A DNA stretch of 64,000 bases, taken from assembly GCA_965202985.1 (NCBI GenBank), contig CBDBCF010000001.1:992001-1056000 (forward strand). Reading direction: 5' to 3'. A program made the translations under genes and the position numbers. Each line of letters begins with the position of its first letter. Position 1 is the stretch's first letter. The notes beneath the pieces are model-generated. The model saw only the letters and a program-made list of their open reading frames with translations. It ran no database searches and was not told the DNA's origin. Origin of the DNA: Longimicrobiales bacterium (lineage in GTDB: Bacteria; Gemmatimonadota; Gemmatimonadetes; Longimicrobiales; Gaopeijiaceae). Of the stretch, positions 38,180 through 47,822 are shown in pieces.

Positions 38180-39129
38180 GGGCCGCTGGCCTCGTCAAAG
38201 CCGATCCGCTCCTTTACGAAGTAGAGCGGGCGCGCCATGGCTTCCCGCTGCACGCGCCCGAGCTGCTCGCCCAGGATTCCAAGCGCCAGCATCTGGAGGC
38301 CGCCGACGCAAAGGAACGCGGCCAGCACAATCTTCCACGCTCCGGCCTGACCGGCGCCCAGCAGGCTCGTCGCGACGTCTCCCAAGGGCACGGCCGCCGC
38401 CCCCAGCAGCAGCAGCACTCCGACCATCAAGACGAAGCGGACGGGCGTCGTGGAGAACGACAGGACGGCATCCGCGGCTGTCTCGAACCGTGTCCGCAAC
38501 GTGTAGTTCGGCTTGCGTCCCTTAAGCGGCGGCTGCCGCCTGAAGTAAGCCGGCTCGTGGCGATACCCGATCCAGGGAGTCATGCCCCGCAGGAACGGAG
38601 TGCGTTCGGGCATGGCCAAGAGAGCGTCCACCACCTTTCGGTCCATGAGACGGAAGTTGCCCGCGTCAATGGGCATGTGGCCCGACGCCAGAAAACGCTG
38701 CACGCGGTAGAAGGCGGCGGCCAAGAAGCGCTTGAGCAACGGTTCGCCGTCGCGCCCGGTTCGCACTCCGTAGACCACGTCAGCGCCGTTCTTCCAGCGG
38801 TCCAGCATTTCGTGGACGACATCGGGCGGGTCCTGCAGGTCGGCGTCGATGACGACGGCGGCGGCGCCGTTCGTCGCCGCCAAGCCCGCGAACTGGGCGA
38901 TCTCCTGGCCGAAGTTGCGCGAGAGCGACACCACCCTCACGCGATCGTCGTTGCCCCGAAGCTCGCGAAGCAGTTCGAGCGTGGCGTCCGTGCTGCCGTC
39001 GTCCACGTACACGAACTCGACGCGCTCGGGAACGCCCGCCAAGCTCCCGGCAAGGCGGCGGTGCGCTTCCCGGATGATCTCGGCTTCGTTGAAGCAGGGA
39101 ACCACGACCGACAGAGACGTCCCTGTCAT
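38176..39129 (-). CDS. GT2 polyprenol-phosphate glycosyltransferase (GtrB/ArnC-like)
   Basis: VVVPCFNE, VDDGSTD, LSRNFG, DADLQDPP, FRLMDR, FLRGM, two C-terminal TMs, RPLY. Confidence 0.9.
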   Translation of the reverse strand: MTGTSLSVVVPCFNEAEIIREAHRRLAGSLAGVPERVEFVYVDDGSTDATLELLRELRGNDDRVRVVSLSRNFGQEIAQFAGLAATNGAAAVVIDADLQDPPDVVHEMLDRWKNGADVVYGVRTGRDGEPLLKRFLAAAFYRVQRFLASGHMPIDAGNFRLMDRKVVDALLAMPERTPFLRGMTPWIGYRHEPAYFRRQPPLKGRKPNYTLRTRFETAADAVLSFSTTPVRFVLMVGVLLLLGAAAVPLGDVATSLLGAGQAGAWKIVLAAFLCVGGLQMLALGILGEQLGRVQREAMARPLYFVKERIGFDEASGP

Positions 39130-39305
39130 CTCTACCCCCTTGTGGACCGGCGTTGGCAAGGCTGGCCCCTGCGGCAAGGCCGGGGGCGTCCTTGGCTAAA
39201 TTTGATGGGCGGCCGCCAGCGGGGTCAATGGTGACGCATGCGCGGGTCCAGCGCACCGCGGCTCGGCGTACTCGGGAGACGGCCGGTTGCGCGCCTCGGC
39301 CCAAG

Positions 39306-39335
39306 TTGGCGGCGCCGTCCGGCCCAGCGTAGCTT
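39306..39335 (+). promoter_or_regulatory. Putative sigma70 promoter, possibly leaderless
   Basis: TTGGCG-N18-TAGCTT-N7-ATG(39343); no SD sequence. Confidence 0.3.
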
Positions 39336-39342
39336 CCCAACG

Positions 39343-39567
39343 ATGACCGTTCGCCGCTCCCACTATCTGCCCCGCACCTGGGCGGGGCGCGTCGCCGCCT
39401 TCGCATTCCTTGCGTGCATGGCGCTGGCGCAGCCGCCGATTGTGCACGGGCTGGCCGACCGCATCGAGCCCTGGATCCTGGGGATGCCCTTCCTCTTCGC
39501 CTACCTGCTGGCCGTCTACCTGCTCCTGATCGCAATCCTGATCTGGACGGCCAGGAGAAGGGTCTGA
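39343..39567 (+). CDS. Small 2-TM protein (DUF3311-like) accompanying the SSS symporter
   Basis: DRIEPWILGMPFLF motif; immediately upstream of the symporter. Confidence 0.7.
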   Translation: MTVRRSHYLPRTWAGRVAAFAFLACMALAQPPIVHGLADRIEPWILGMPFLFAYLLAVYLLLIAILIWTARRRV

Positions 39568-39571
39568 CCCC

Positions 39572-41071
39572 GTGGAGCCGTGGGTCGTATCCACCAGCCT
39601 GATCTTCGTCTACTTGGCGGCCACGATCGCGATCGGCGTGCTGGCCAACAAGAGGCTGGCCGCGAACATGGAGGACTTTCTGCTGTACGGCCGCCAAGCC
39701 GGGTTCGTGGTGCTGTACTTGACCGTGGTGGCCACCTTCCATTCGGCGTTCGCGTTCCTGGGATCGGGCGGGTACTTCTACACGCACGGAATCGGGTTCT
39801 GGGCGGCCGGAACTTGGACGATCCTGGTGGGCGCCGTCACCTACGTCCTGGGCACCCGGATCTGGGCGCTGGGCAAGAAGTTCGGCTACATCACGCCGGC
39901 CGACCTGCTGGCGGACTTCTACCAGAGCGAGACGGTGCGGGTCCTGGCCGCCGCGGTCTCGGTCGTCTTCACGATCATGTACATCCAGGTCCAAGCCACG
40001 GGGCTGGGCTACATCTTGTCGGTGGCCACGGGCGACAGGCTGCCCCTGGAGTGGGCCACGTTGATCCTGCTGGTCGTGGCCGCGATGTATTTGATCGTCG
40101 GGGGCCTGCGCGCCGTGTACTGGACCGACGTGATCCAGGGCGTCTGGATGTACGTGGCGGTCTGGGCCGGCGCCTTGGTGCTGGTCTACAAGGTCTTCGG
40201 CGGACCGGTGGCGCTTTGGCGGCGGCTGGCGACCGAGCGGCCGGACCTGCTTTCGCTGCCGGGACCGGAGGGCTTCTTCACGCCGGGCATGTGGGTGGGC
40301 ATGACGATCGTGCTGTCGTTCGGGCTCGTCTTCCAGCCCCACATGATGATCCGCTACTACACGTCGGCATCAGCGCGCACGCTCAAGCTGCTGGGAGCCA
40401 CCACGCCGCTGTACCTGATGAGCCTGTTCATCCCCATGGCCTTGGTGGGGCTGGGGGGCGCGCTCGTGCTTCCGGGACTCGAGGGCGCCGAAGCGGACAA
40501 GATCTTCCCGGAGCTGCTCTTCCGCTATGCGCCGGCGTGGCTGACGGGCCTGATTCTGGCGGGCGCGACCGCAGCGGCGATGTCCACCCTGGACTCGATC
40601 CTCCACTCCAACATGACCGTGCTCACCCGGGACGTGTACCAGCGGTACGTGGCCCCGAACCGAAGCCAGTCGCACTACGTCGCCTTCGGAAGGTGCGTGG
40701 TGCTCGTCCTGCTGGGAGTCGGCTGGTACCTCTCGGTCAACCAGATCGACTTCCTGGTCAGCTTGGTGACGCTGGCAGCGGCCGGATCGTTGCAGCTGAT
40801 GCCGGCGGTGCTGGGGGTCTGCTTCCCCGGGCGAAGGCCGACCACGGCGGCTGGCGCGGTGGCCGGCATTGCGACGGGATTGGTCGTTCTGTACCTGACG
40901 CGGATCGAGTTCGTTCGGCCTTGGGGGGTGCACGAAGCCGTGTGGTCGCTGGCGGCCAACTTCGTCGTGACGTGGGCGGTGTCCAGGTTCACGCGCCCCC
41001 CGGCTGCGGAGACCGTGGAGCGTATACACGGCGAAGTGGAGCGCTTCGTGTACGGAGACGGCACGAGCTAG
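39572..41071 (+). CDS. Sodium:solute symporter family protein
   Basis: About 13 TMs; AT.HSAFAFLG, GGLRAVYWTDVIQG, AAAMSTLDS. Confidence 0.92.
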   Translation: MEPWVVSTSLIFVYLAATIAIGVLANKRLAANMEDFLLYGRQAGFVVLYLTVVATFHSAFAFLGSGGYFYTHGIGFWAAGTWTILVGAVTYVLGTRIWALGKKFGYITPADLLADFYQSETVRVLAAAVSVVFTIMYIQVQATGLGYILSVATGDRLPLEWATLILLVVAAMYLIVGGLRAVYWTDVIQGVWMYVAVWAGALVLVYKVFGGPVALWRRLATERPDLLSLPGPEGFFTPGMWVGMTIVLSFGLVFQPHMMIRYYTSASARTLKLLGATTPLYLMSLFIPMALVGLGGALVLPGLEGAEADKIFPELLFRYAPAWLTGLILAGATAAAMSTLDSILHSNMTVLTRDVYQRYVAPNRSQSHYVAFGRCVVLVLLGVGWYLSVNQIDFLVSLVTLAAAGSLQLMPAVLGVCFPGRRPTTAAGAVAGIATGLVVLYLTRIEFVRPWGVHEAVWSLAANFVVTWAVSRFTRPPAAETVERIHGEVERFVYGDGTS

Positions 41072-41296
41072 CTGCACGGCCGGCAGGCTCTTGGACGCGC
41101 GCGGATCGGGCTTGGGAGGCGCGAATCAGATCTTGGTGCGCAACCAGTCCAGGAGAAGCCGCACGACGCGCCGGAGGATGTATCCCATGAGTCGGTTGTT
41201 CCGGTTGGGGTTCGGAGCACGCCCGCCGGCGAGCGCGCCGGCCCTTGGCCCTACGACCGTTCCGAGTCCGCGGGTTCAGGGCGGCCGGCGTTCGCG

Positions 41297-41764
41297 TCAG
41301 CCGTCGGTGGTCTCCACTTCCGTCGTGATGTCGATGCACCGGTGCAGTGTTCGGTAGACGGGACAGCGCATGGGGTGCACCTCGAAGGCGCGTTGGACAA
41401 CCTCCGGGTCGGCGCCGGCGGCCTTCAACGCGTACTTCACGTGAATCCGTCGGATCACCAAGACGCCCTCGTCCTTGCCGACCTTGCCGTGCACCTCCGC
41501 CGTCAGCCGTCCGTCCGAAGCGTCGATCCCGCGTGCCTCCAGCACGCCTCCGAAGGTGCCGACGAGTCAGCCGCCGGTGGCGGCCATCACGTAGTCCAGC
41601 GTGGTCGTGGTGTCTGCCGCCGCGCGCGCGCCGTAGTGCTCGGCGATGGCGCCGTGGACGCCGAACTCCACGGGACCGTCGCGGGCGGGCAGGTAGGCCA
41701 GGCGGTGCGGCCCGCGAGTGCGCTCGATGCGGATGCGGGCTTCGTAGACCATGGCGTCGCTCAC
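41297..41764 (-). CDS. OsmC-like peroxiredoxin with in-frame UGA (probable selenocysteine)
   Basis: The two ORF-track pieces are in the same frame, separated only by TGA (41567-41569): LDYVMAATGG*LVGTFGGVL. Second Cys in HPMRCPV. GTG 41764 overlaps upstream stop; alternative ATG at 41752. Confidence 0.8.
41537..41566 (-). promoter_or_regulatory. Candidate bacterial SECIS hairpin
   Basis: Directly 3' of the UGA: CUCGUCGGCACCUUCGGAGGCGUGCUGGAG. UCGGCAC pairs with GUGCUGG, with an apical CCU-UCGG-AGG stem-loop. Confidence 0.55.
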
Positions 41765-42321
41765 GGCCAGAGCCATCCGAACACGGCGCCGGTGATGACG
41801 GCGTAGACCAACCCGTCCACGGCGTGCTTGACGGCGACCTTGCCGGGCAACCCGAACCAGATGCTCTCTTGCACGCCGACGAAGCCGTAGGCCAGGAACG
41901 CCGCCAGCCCCGTGACGTGGAACACCTCGGCAAAGTGCGCCTCGGTCCCGACGACCCCGGCCGCCAAGAGAGCGATCACGGCGTTGATGGCCGCGTACTG
42001 CAGGAACGCCTTGATCAGCGCGGACCGCATGTCGAGCGCCGACTTGGGGTCGCGCACGCGCAGGATGCCGACGGGGCCGGCCCGCACCTTGTCCTTGTAC
42101 GCGTCCGCGTTCTCTTGCCCCCACTTGGCGAAGGGGAAGTAGTACATGCCCGGCGCGACGCCCACGCACTTGCGCACGGCGTCCATGAGCCCGTCCTCGT
42201 CCTCGGCTTCGGCGAAGTCCTTCTTGTGGTGCGGCATCGCCATCCAGACCACGGCGCTGGCCACGAACACGGCGACCGTGGCCACGAGCGCCGGCAGCCA
42301 GAGGGCGGTGGCGTGGATCAT
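41761..42321 (-). CDS. Conserved-type hypothetical membrane protein
   Basis: About 4 TMs; WMAMPHHKKDF, PGMYYFP, GPVG, SIWFG; AGGAAGGAG RBS; coupled to the OsmC-like gene. Confidence 0.7.
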   Translation of the reverse strand: MIHATALWLPALVATVAVFVASAVVWMAMPHHKKDFAEAEDEDGLMDAVRKCVGVAPGMYYFPFAKWGQENADAYKDKVRAGPVGILRVRDPKSALDMRSALIKAFLQYAAINAVIALLAAGVVGTEAHFAEVFHVTGLAAFLAYGFVGVQESIWFGLPGKVAVKHAVDGLVYAVITGAVFGWLWP

Positions 42322-42361
42322 CTCTTGCGCTCCTTCCTTCTCGAGGGGATCGAACCCGTGC

Positions 42362-43546
42362 TCAAGCTACGCGTGCGCGGCGCCACGCCGCCAGTCCCGC
42401 GTCCAGGCGGTCCAGCGCTCGGCGCAGCTCGCTCTCGGGGGGACCGAAGCCGATTCGCATGAAGTGCTCGGCGCCGAAGTGGGCGCCCGGCACGATCAGC
42501 ACGCCGTGCTCGGCCCGCAGTCGCTCCGCCAGCGCCAACGACGGTTCGGCGGCGTGGTACCGCACCATGCAGATGGCGCCGGCGTCGGGGGGCGTCCAGG
42601 CGAACAGCCCGTCGCGCGCGTCCAGCCACTCTGCGAGCACCGCCAAGTTACGGCGGACGATGCCGCGGGTGCGCTCCAAGATGCGGGGACGGACATCGGG
42701 CGAGAGCGCGACCACCGCCAGGGCGTCGGACAACGAGGCGGGCGTGATCGTGGTGTAGTCGGTCCGCGCCCACAGGCGGTCCACCACGGCGGCGGGCCCC
42801 GCGCACCAACCCAGCCGCACGCCGGGGATTCCGTACGCCTTGGACAGCGAGTTGGTCACCACCAGCTTGTCGTACCGGCCCCAAAAGCTGCCGACCTGCG
42901 CATCGCCGGCCTCGGCGCCCTGATACACCTCGTCGGAGAGGATCCAAGCTCCGTGCCGATCCGCCAGGCCCACGATCTGATCGATCTCGTCCGAAGTCAG
43001 GGCCACGCCGGTCGGGTTGTTGGGGTGGGTGACCAGAATCAGCCCGGCGCCCGCATGCAACGCCGACTCCAGCTCGTCCAGGTCGGGGCGCCAGCCCGTC
43101 TCTTCGCGCAAGCGGAAGGGCAGGACTTCGCCCTGGAAGTTCTCCGCCAAGCCGGGGACCTGCATGTAGTTCGGAACCAGGGCGGCCACGGGCTTGCTCG
43201 GATCGGCAAGCTCCCAGAACACCACGAAGTTGGCCTCGATGCCGCCGGTCGTCGCGACGACGGACTGGTCGGTCGCCCCCGGATACAGCGCCGCGATCAG
43301 GGACCGAAGCTCGTCGGAGCCGTTGGACTGGCCGTAGCCCAACCGAACGTCCGAAAGCAGGTCGGGGGTGCCGGCGTAGGAAAGAAGCTCGCCCGTCGTC
43401 AGCGGATGGACGCCGCTCTCCGACAGGTTGCAGTCCACGCGGTGTTCGTAGGTGGACTGCCATCTTTCCATCTTGAAGGGGGCGAACGCCTTGGGCGGGA
43501 CGAGGGCGCGGGACGGCGCGGGAGCTTGGGGCGAAGCGAGATTCAC
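42362..43546 (-). CDS. PLP-dependent aminotransferase class I/II
   Basis: FKMERW, NLSESG, PNNPTG, SDEVY, SLSKAYGIPGVRLGW, RIGFG; start uncertain. Confidence 0.9.
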   Translation of the reverse strand: MNLASPQAPAPSRALVPPKAFAPFKMERWQSTYEHRVDCNLSESGVHPLTTGELLSYAGTPDLLSDVRLGYGQSNGSDELRSLIAALYPGATDQSVVATTGGIEANFVVFWELADPSKPVAALVPNYMQVPGLAENFQGEVLPFRLREETGWRPDLDELESALHAGAGLILVTHPNNPTGVALTSDEIDQIVGLADRHGAWILSDEVYQGAEAGDAQVGSFWGRYDKLVVTNSLSKAYGIPGVRLGWCAGPAAVVDRLWARTDYTTITPASLSDALAVVALSPDVRPRILERTRGIVRRNLAVLAEWLDARDGLFAWTPPDAGAICMVRYHAAEPSLALAERLRAEHGVLIVPGAHFGAEHFMRIGFGPPESELRRALDRLDAGLAAWRRARVA

Positions 43547-43604
43547 GGCTGGACCTTCTTCTTGGCAGGGAGCGGCGACCACCAAAACGGGAGTGCGCAC
43601 TAGC

Positions 43605-44915
43605 ATGGAGCACGACGGCTTGGCCGGGCAAGGGCGGACGGCCGCGGTCCTGGACGGGGTCGAGGAGCATAGGCTGGACAACGGGCTTCGCGTGGTCCTG
43701 GCGCCGGACCCCGCCACGCCGGTGGTGGCGGTCAACCTTTGGTACAACGTGGGATCGCGGAACGAGGCGCCGGGCCGAACCGGATTGGCGCACCTGTTCG
43801 AGCACATGATGTTTCAGGGGTCCGCCCACGTCTCCAAGAACGGCCACCTGCGCCAAGTCGAGGCCGCCGGAGGGTCGGCCAACGCCACGACGTGGTTCGA
43901 CCGCACCAACTACTTCGAGACGCTGCCGTCTCACCACCTGGACCTGGCGCTCTGGCTGGAGTCCGACCGCATGGGCTGGACGCTGCCGGCGCTGACGGGG
44001 GAGAAGCTGGAGAACCAGCGCCGGGTGGTCATGAACGAGCGCAGGCAGCGTTACGACAACCAGCCCTACGGCGACTGGGACGAGCGACTGCAAGCCCTGC
44101 TCTTCCCCCCCGGCCACCCGTACCACCACACGGTGATCGGCGCCATGGAGGACATCGAGTCGGCCACGCTGGACCACGCGCGTGCGTTCTTCCACACGTG
44201 GTACGTGCCCAACAACGCGGTGCTCGCGGTTTGCGGCGACATCGAGGCCGACCGGGCGCTGGACCGGGTCCGCCGCTACTTCGGCGACATCCCCGCGGGA
44301 CCCGAGCCTCCGCCGCCGCCCGGCGGCACGCAAGCGCCCTTCGCTACGGGCGACAGCGCTCGGCGAGAGCGGATCAGCGCCGCGGTGCCCCTGCCCCGAG
44401 TCTACGCCGCCGTCCGAACGCCTCCCTTCGGCAGCGACGCCTTCTACGTCGGCGAGGCGGTGTCGTGCTGCCTGGGGATGGGCCGCTCCGCGCGCCTGCA
44501 CGACCGCTTGGTGCGCACGCGGGCCGTGAAGTCCGCCAGCTGCCATCACCTTCCGCTTACGTGCGGGGCCGCGATCTTCCTGGTCGTCGCAACCGGCTAC
44601 CCGGAGACGCCGGTCGAGGAGCTGGAGTCCGTCGTGGCGCGGGAGCTGGACGACGCGGTCTCGATATCGGCGGAGGAGCTGGGCCGCGCCGTCGTCGGGC
44701 ACGAGACGCGGGTGGTGCAGACGCTCCAAAGGGTCGAGGCTCGGGCCGACCTTCTGTCCATGTACGCCACCGTCTTCGGCACGGCGCGTCGGCTGGCCCC
44801 GGACCTGCGGCGGCTGCGCCAAGTCTCGGCGGACGAAGCTCGGGCGTGGAGCCGCGAGTTCCTTCGCAACGACGACCTCGTCTTCGTTAGCTATCTACCC
44901 GGAGAGGCCTCGTGA
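43605..44915 (+). CDS. M16 (pitrilysin) family zinc peptidase, catalytic subunit
   Basis: LDNGLRV, VGSRNE..GRTGLAHLFEHMMF (HxxEH), NATT..DRTNY, ESDRM. Confidence 0.92.
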   Translation: MEHDGLAGQGRTAAVLDGVEEHRLDNGLRVVLAPDPATPVVAVNLWYNVGSRNEAPGRTGLAHLFEHMMFQGSAHVSKNGHLRQVEAAGGSANATTWFDRTNYFETLPSHHLDLALWLESDRMGWTLPALTGEKLENQRRVVMNERRQRYDNQPYGDWDERLQALLFPPGHPYHHTVIGAMEDIESATLDHARAFFHTWYVPNNAVLAVCGDIEADRALDRVRRYFGDIPAGPEPPPPPGGTQAPFATGDSARRERISAAVPLPRVYAAVRTPPFGSDAFYVGEAVSCCLGMGRSARLHDRLVRTRAVKSASCHHLPLTCGAAIFLVVATGYPETPVEELESVVARELDDAVSISAEELGRAVVGHETRVVQTLQRVEARADLLSMYATVFGTARRLAPDLRRLRQVSADEARAWSREFLRNDDLVFVSYLPGEAS

Positions 44916-46330
44916 GCGCGCGTTCCGGCCCGCCGCCGCCCGGCGACATCCGTCCTTACGAGTTCCCCGAGGTCGTTCGTCGCCGCCTGGGCAACGGCAT
45001 GTCCGTCCGGGTCGCGCCCAAGGTCTCGTTTCCGCTGGTGACGGCGATGGTTGTGCTGAAGGCGGGCGAAACGGCGTCGCCGGGCGGGCGGGCGGGGCTG
45101 GCGTCGTTGACGGCGGACGCCCTGGAAGGGGGCACGCGGTCGCTTCCCGAGCGGGAACTGGCCCGGAGCATGGCGGAGATCGGGGCCAGCTTCGGGGCGG
45201 CCACGGGATGGGACTCGTCCACCGTCGCCGTGTCGTGCTTGGCGGAATACCTGCCGCGCGCCCTGGAGCTGTTGGCGGGGATGGTTGAGGCGCCGGCATT
45301 CGAGGTCGCCGGCTTCGACCGTCGCAAGGCTCAGCGGCTGGCGGCCGCCCGTCAGCGCCTGATGAACCCGGCGGCGCTGGCGTCGGACGCTCACGCGCGC
45401 TTCATGTATCGGGAGGGCGACACCTACGCGCGCCCCGCCGGCGGGACGGCCGCGTCGCTGGAAGGAATCCGCGTCGCCGACGCGCAGGCGTTCGCGGCCG
45501 AGTTCCACGGGGCCGGCGCGGCGACGCTCGTGCTGGTGGGCGACGTGGAGCCGGACGAGGCGGTCGCGAGCGCCGAACGGTTCCTGGGCGGGTGGGAACC
45601 GGGGAGCGCGGTCGTTCCCGATCCCCGCGCCGGACCTCGCGTTCGCGAACGGACCTTCCACGTGGTCGATCGGCCGGGGGCGGTGCAGTCCGAGGTCCGC
45701 GTCGGGCATCCGGGGATCGCAAGGGCCGCGCCGGACTACCTGCCGCTGCGGGTCGCGAACCTGGTCCTGGGCGGCTCGTTCTCTTCGCGGCTGAACCTCA
45801 ACCTGCGGGAGCGGCACGGCTACACCTACGGAGTCCGGTCCAGCTTCGCGGCGCGCAAGGGCCCGGGTCCGTTCGCCGTGTCCGCCGCCGTGGAGACGGG
45901 CGTCACCGGGGCCGCCGTTGCGGAGGTCCTTCGCGAGATCGAGCGCATGGCGGAAGAGGGGCCCACGGCGGAAGAGGTGGAGTCGGCGACCGGGTACTTG
46001 GCCGGCGTCTTCCCCTTGCGGCTGGAGACCACGGGCCAGCTGGCGTCGCGGATCGCCGGGGCGGTCGTCCACGACCTGCCGCCCGAATACGACCGGCGCT
46101 ACCGGGACCGCGTGCGCGCCGTCACGCACGAAGAGGCTGCACAAGCGGCGCACAGGCATCTTCGTCCCGGCGAGCTGTGCGTCGTTGCGGCCGGCGACGC
46201 CGAGGCCGTGGCGCCCCAGTTGGAGGCGCTGAACGCGGGGCCGGTCGAGGTGCACCGGGAGCGGGGGGTGGACGGCGGGCCGACGGACGGCGGCGGAGCG
46301 GTCGAGGGCGGCGAGGGGGCGGTGCGTTGA
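44912..46330 (+). CDS. M16 family peptidase, non-catalytic subunit
   Basis: No HxxEH; LGGSFSSRLNLNLRERHGYTYG (R/Y pair); GTGA overlap. Confidence 0.88.
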   Translation: MSARSGPPPPGDIRPYEFPEVVRRRLGNGMSVRVAPKVSFPLVTAMVVLKAGETASPGGRAGLASLTADALEGGTRSLPERELARSMAEIGASFGAATGWDSSTVAVSCLAEYLPRALELLAGMVEAPAFEVAGFDRRKAQRLAAARQRLMNPAALASDAHARFMYREGDTYARPAGGTAASLEGIRVADAQAFAAEFHGAGAATLVLVGDVEPDEAVASAERFLGGWEPGSAVVPDPRAGPRVRERTFHVVDRPGAVQSEVRVGHPGIARAAPDYLPLRVANLVLGGSFSSRLNLNLRERHGYTYGVRSSFAARKGPGPFAVSAAVETGVTGAAVAEVLREIERMAEEGPTAEEVESATGYLAGVFPLRLETTGQLASRIAGAVVHDLPPEYDRRYRDRVRAVTHEEAAQAAHRHLRPGELCVVAAGDAEAVAPQLEALNAGPVEVHRERGVDGGPTDGGGAVEGGEGAVR

Positions 46331-46938
46331 GCGAGAATCGCGGGGGCGGCGTGGCGGGGCGAGGCGGTTCGGAGGACCGGGCGGGCTCGGAAGATCGCGC
46401 AGCGCGGATGCGGAGCCGGGTCGTCCACGACGGCAGGGTGGTCCACCTGAGCGTGGACACGGTGCGCTTCCCCGACGGGTCGGTGGGCGAGCTGGAGCTG
46501 GTCCGGCACCGGGGGGCGTCGGCCGTTCTGCCCGTGTTTGGAAACGAGGGCGACCCCGACCCGGAGGTCCTGCTGGTGCGGCAGTACCGCTACGCCGCCG
46601 GAGGCGTCATCTACGAGGCGCCCGCGGGGATCGCGGAACCGGGCGAACCCTGGGACCGCTGCGCTCTGCGGGAGTTGGAGGAAGAGACCGGGTTCCGGGG
46701 CGGGCGACTGGTCCAACTGACGACGATTCACACCACGCCCGGCTTCACCAACGAGCAGATCAGGCTGTACGCCGCGTTCGACCTGACGCCGGGCAGGGCG
46801 CGTCGCGACCCCGACGAGTTCCTGGAGCCCGCGCGCCTCCGGCTGTCCCGAGCGCTGGAGATGGTCGAGTCGGGCGAGATCGCCGACGCCAAGTCCGTGG
46901 TCGCCTTGCTCTACGCCGCCCGGTTCCTCTTGGGTTGA
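46327..46938 (+). CDS. Nudix hydrolase (ADP-ribose pyrophosphatase-like)
   Basis: LVRQYRY, Nudix box PAG...GE....ALRELEEETG, TPGFTNE, IADAKS. Confidence 0.9.
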   Translation: MSENRGGGVAGRGGSEDRAGSEDRAARMRSRVVHDGRVVHLSVDTVRFPDGSVGELELVRHRGASAVLPVFGNEGDPDPEVLLVRQYRYAAGGVIYEAPAGIAEPGEPWDRCALRELEEETGFRGGRLVQLTTIHTTPGFTNEQIRLYAAFDLTPGRARRDPDEFLEPARLRLSRALEMVESGEIADAKSVVALLYAARFLLG

Positions 46939-47054
46939 CCGCCGGTCCGCCGGCCCAAGCGTATCCGACCGTGGACGGCGAGCCCTCGGTCGTCGCCGCC
47001 GAAGGTCGCCGAAATCCCTTGTCGACATTGGCAATTCGAAGTCGTTCGGAGTTT

Positions 47055-47070
47055 TGGCACGCTTTATGCA
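47055..47070 (+). promoter_or_regulatory. Putative sigma54 (-24/-12) promoter
   Basis: TGGCACGCTTTATGCA has GG-N10-GC spacing and is near consensus TGGCACG-N4-TTGCW; about 70 bp upstream of the ECF sigma ATG. Confidence 0.55.
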
Positions 47071-47141
47071 GGGAATGTGGGCGGCCACGGGAATCTCACG
47101 GGTCGGGGGTCTCGACCCCAGCAACAGGAGGACAACGAACG

Positions 47142-47753
47142 ATGGCCACGACAAACACGATTCGCATCCAAGAGACGGTCGCGCCGAACGACTGCGAGGT
47201 CGTGCGGCGCTTCCTGGCCGGAGACGAGCAGGCGTTCAACGAGCTGGTGCGCAGGTACCAGGCGCGCCTGCTGCGCTTCGTCAATCGGATGATCGGGGAC
47301 TGGGAGCGGTCCGAGGACCTGGTCCAAGACATCTTCGTCCGGGTCTTCCGCAGCATCGAAGGGTTCGACCAGTCGAGGAAGTTCTCGACATGGGTCTACG
47401 CCATCGCGCGGAACGTGGCACGGACGGAGCTTCGGAGGCGCTCCAAGAGCCGCGAGGTGCTCTTCCAGACGCTCGAGGGCGACGACAACTCGGGGTGGAC
47501 GATGGACTACTGGTCGGACCCGTCCCCCGGTCCCGACGAGCTGTACCGGAAGCGGCGCCTCCAGGCGACGGTGGAAGAAGCGGTGGAGATGCTCCCGGAG
47601 CGGTACCGGGCCATCTTCGTCCTCCGGGAGCTGGAGGAGCGGTCCTACGAAGAGATCGCGGAGATCGCGGACATCAACGTGGGCACGGTCAAGAGCCGGC
47701 TGAACCGGGCGCGAGAGCACTTCGCCGAGATCGTCGCGCCGATGATCGATTGA
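47142..47753 (+). CDS. ECF RNA polymerase sigma factor (RpoE-like)
   Basis: AGGAGG RBS; AFNELVRRY, EDLVQD.F, FSTWVYAIARN, SYEEIAE...GTVKSRLNRAR. Confidence 0.93.
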   Translation: MATTNTIRIQETVAPNDCEVVRRFLAGDEQAFNELVRRYQARLLRFVNRMIGDWERSEDLVQDIFVRVFRSIEGFDQSRKFSTWVYAIARNVARTELRRRSKSREVLFQTLEGDDNSGWTMDYWSDPSPGPDELYRKRRLQATVEEAVEMLPERYRAIFVLRELEERSYEEIAEIADINVGTVKSRLNRAREHFAEIVAPMID

Positions 47754-47822
47754 CGCGCAATCGCGGGGGTTGCGGGCCGGGGGCGTGTTGACCCCGACGC
47801 GGTTTCCTGCGACGGTTCAGGC

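Noticed and set aside
41091..41357. 88-aa + strand ORF after the symporter
   Set aside because: TTG start, Arg/Pro-rich with no motif, and it overlaps the OsmC-like gene end; likely spurious.
41567..41569. TGA as a simple nonsense mutation (OsmC pseudogene)
   Set aside because: It falls at the expected catalytic Cys position, both halves are otherwise intact, and a hairpin follows. Sec is the better explanation, though unproven.
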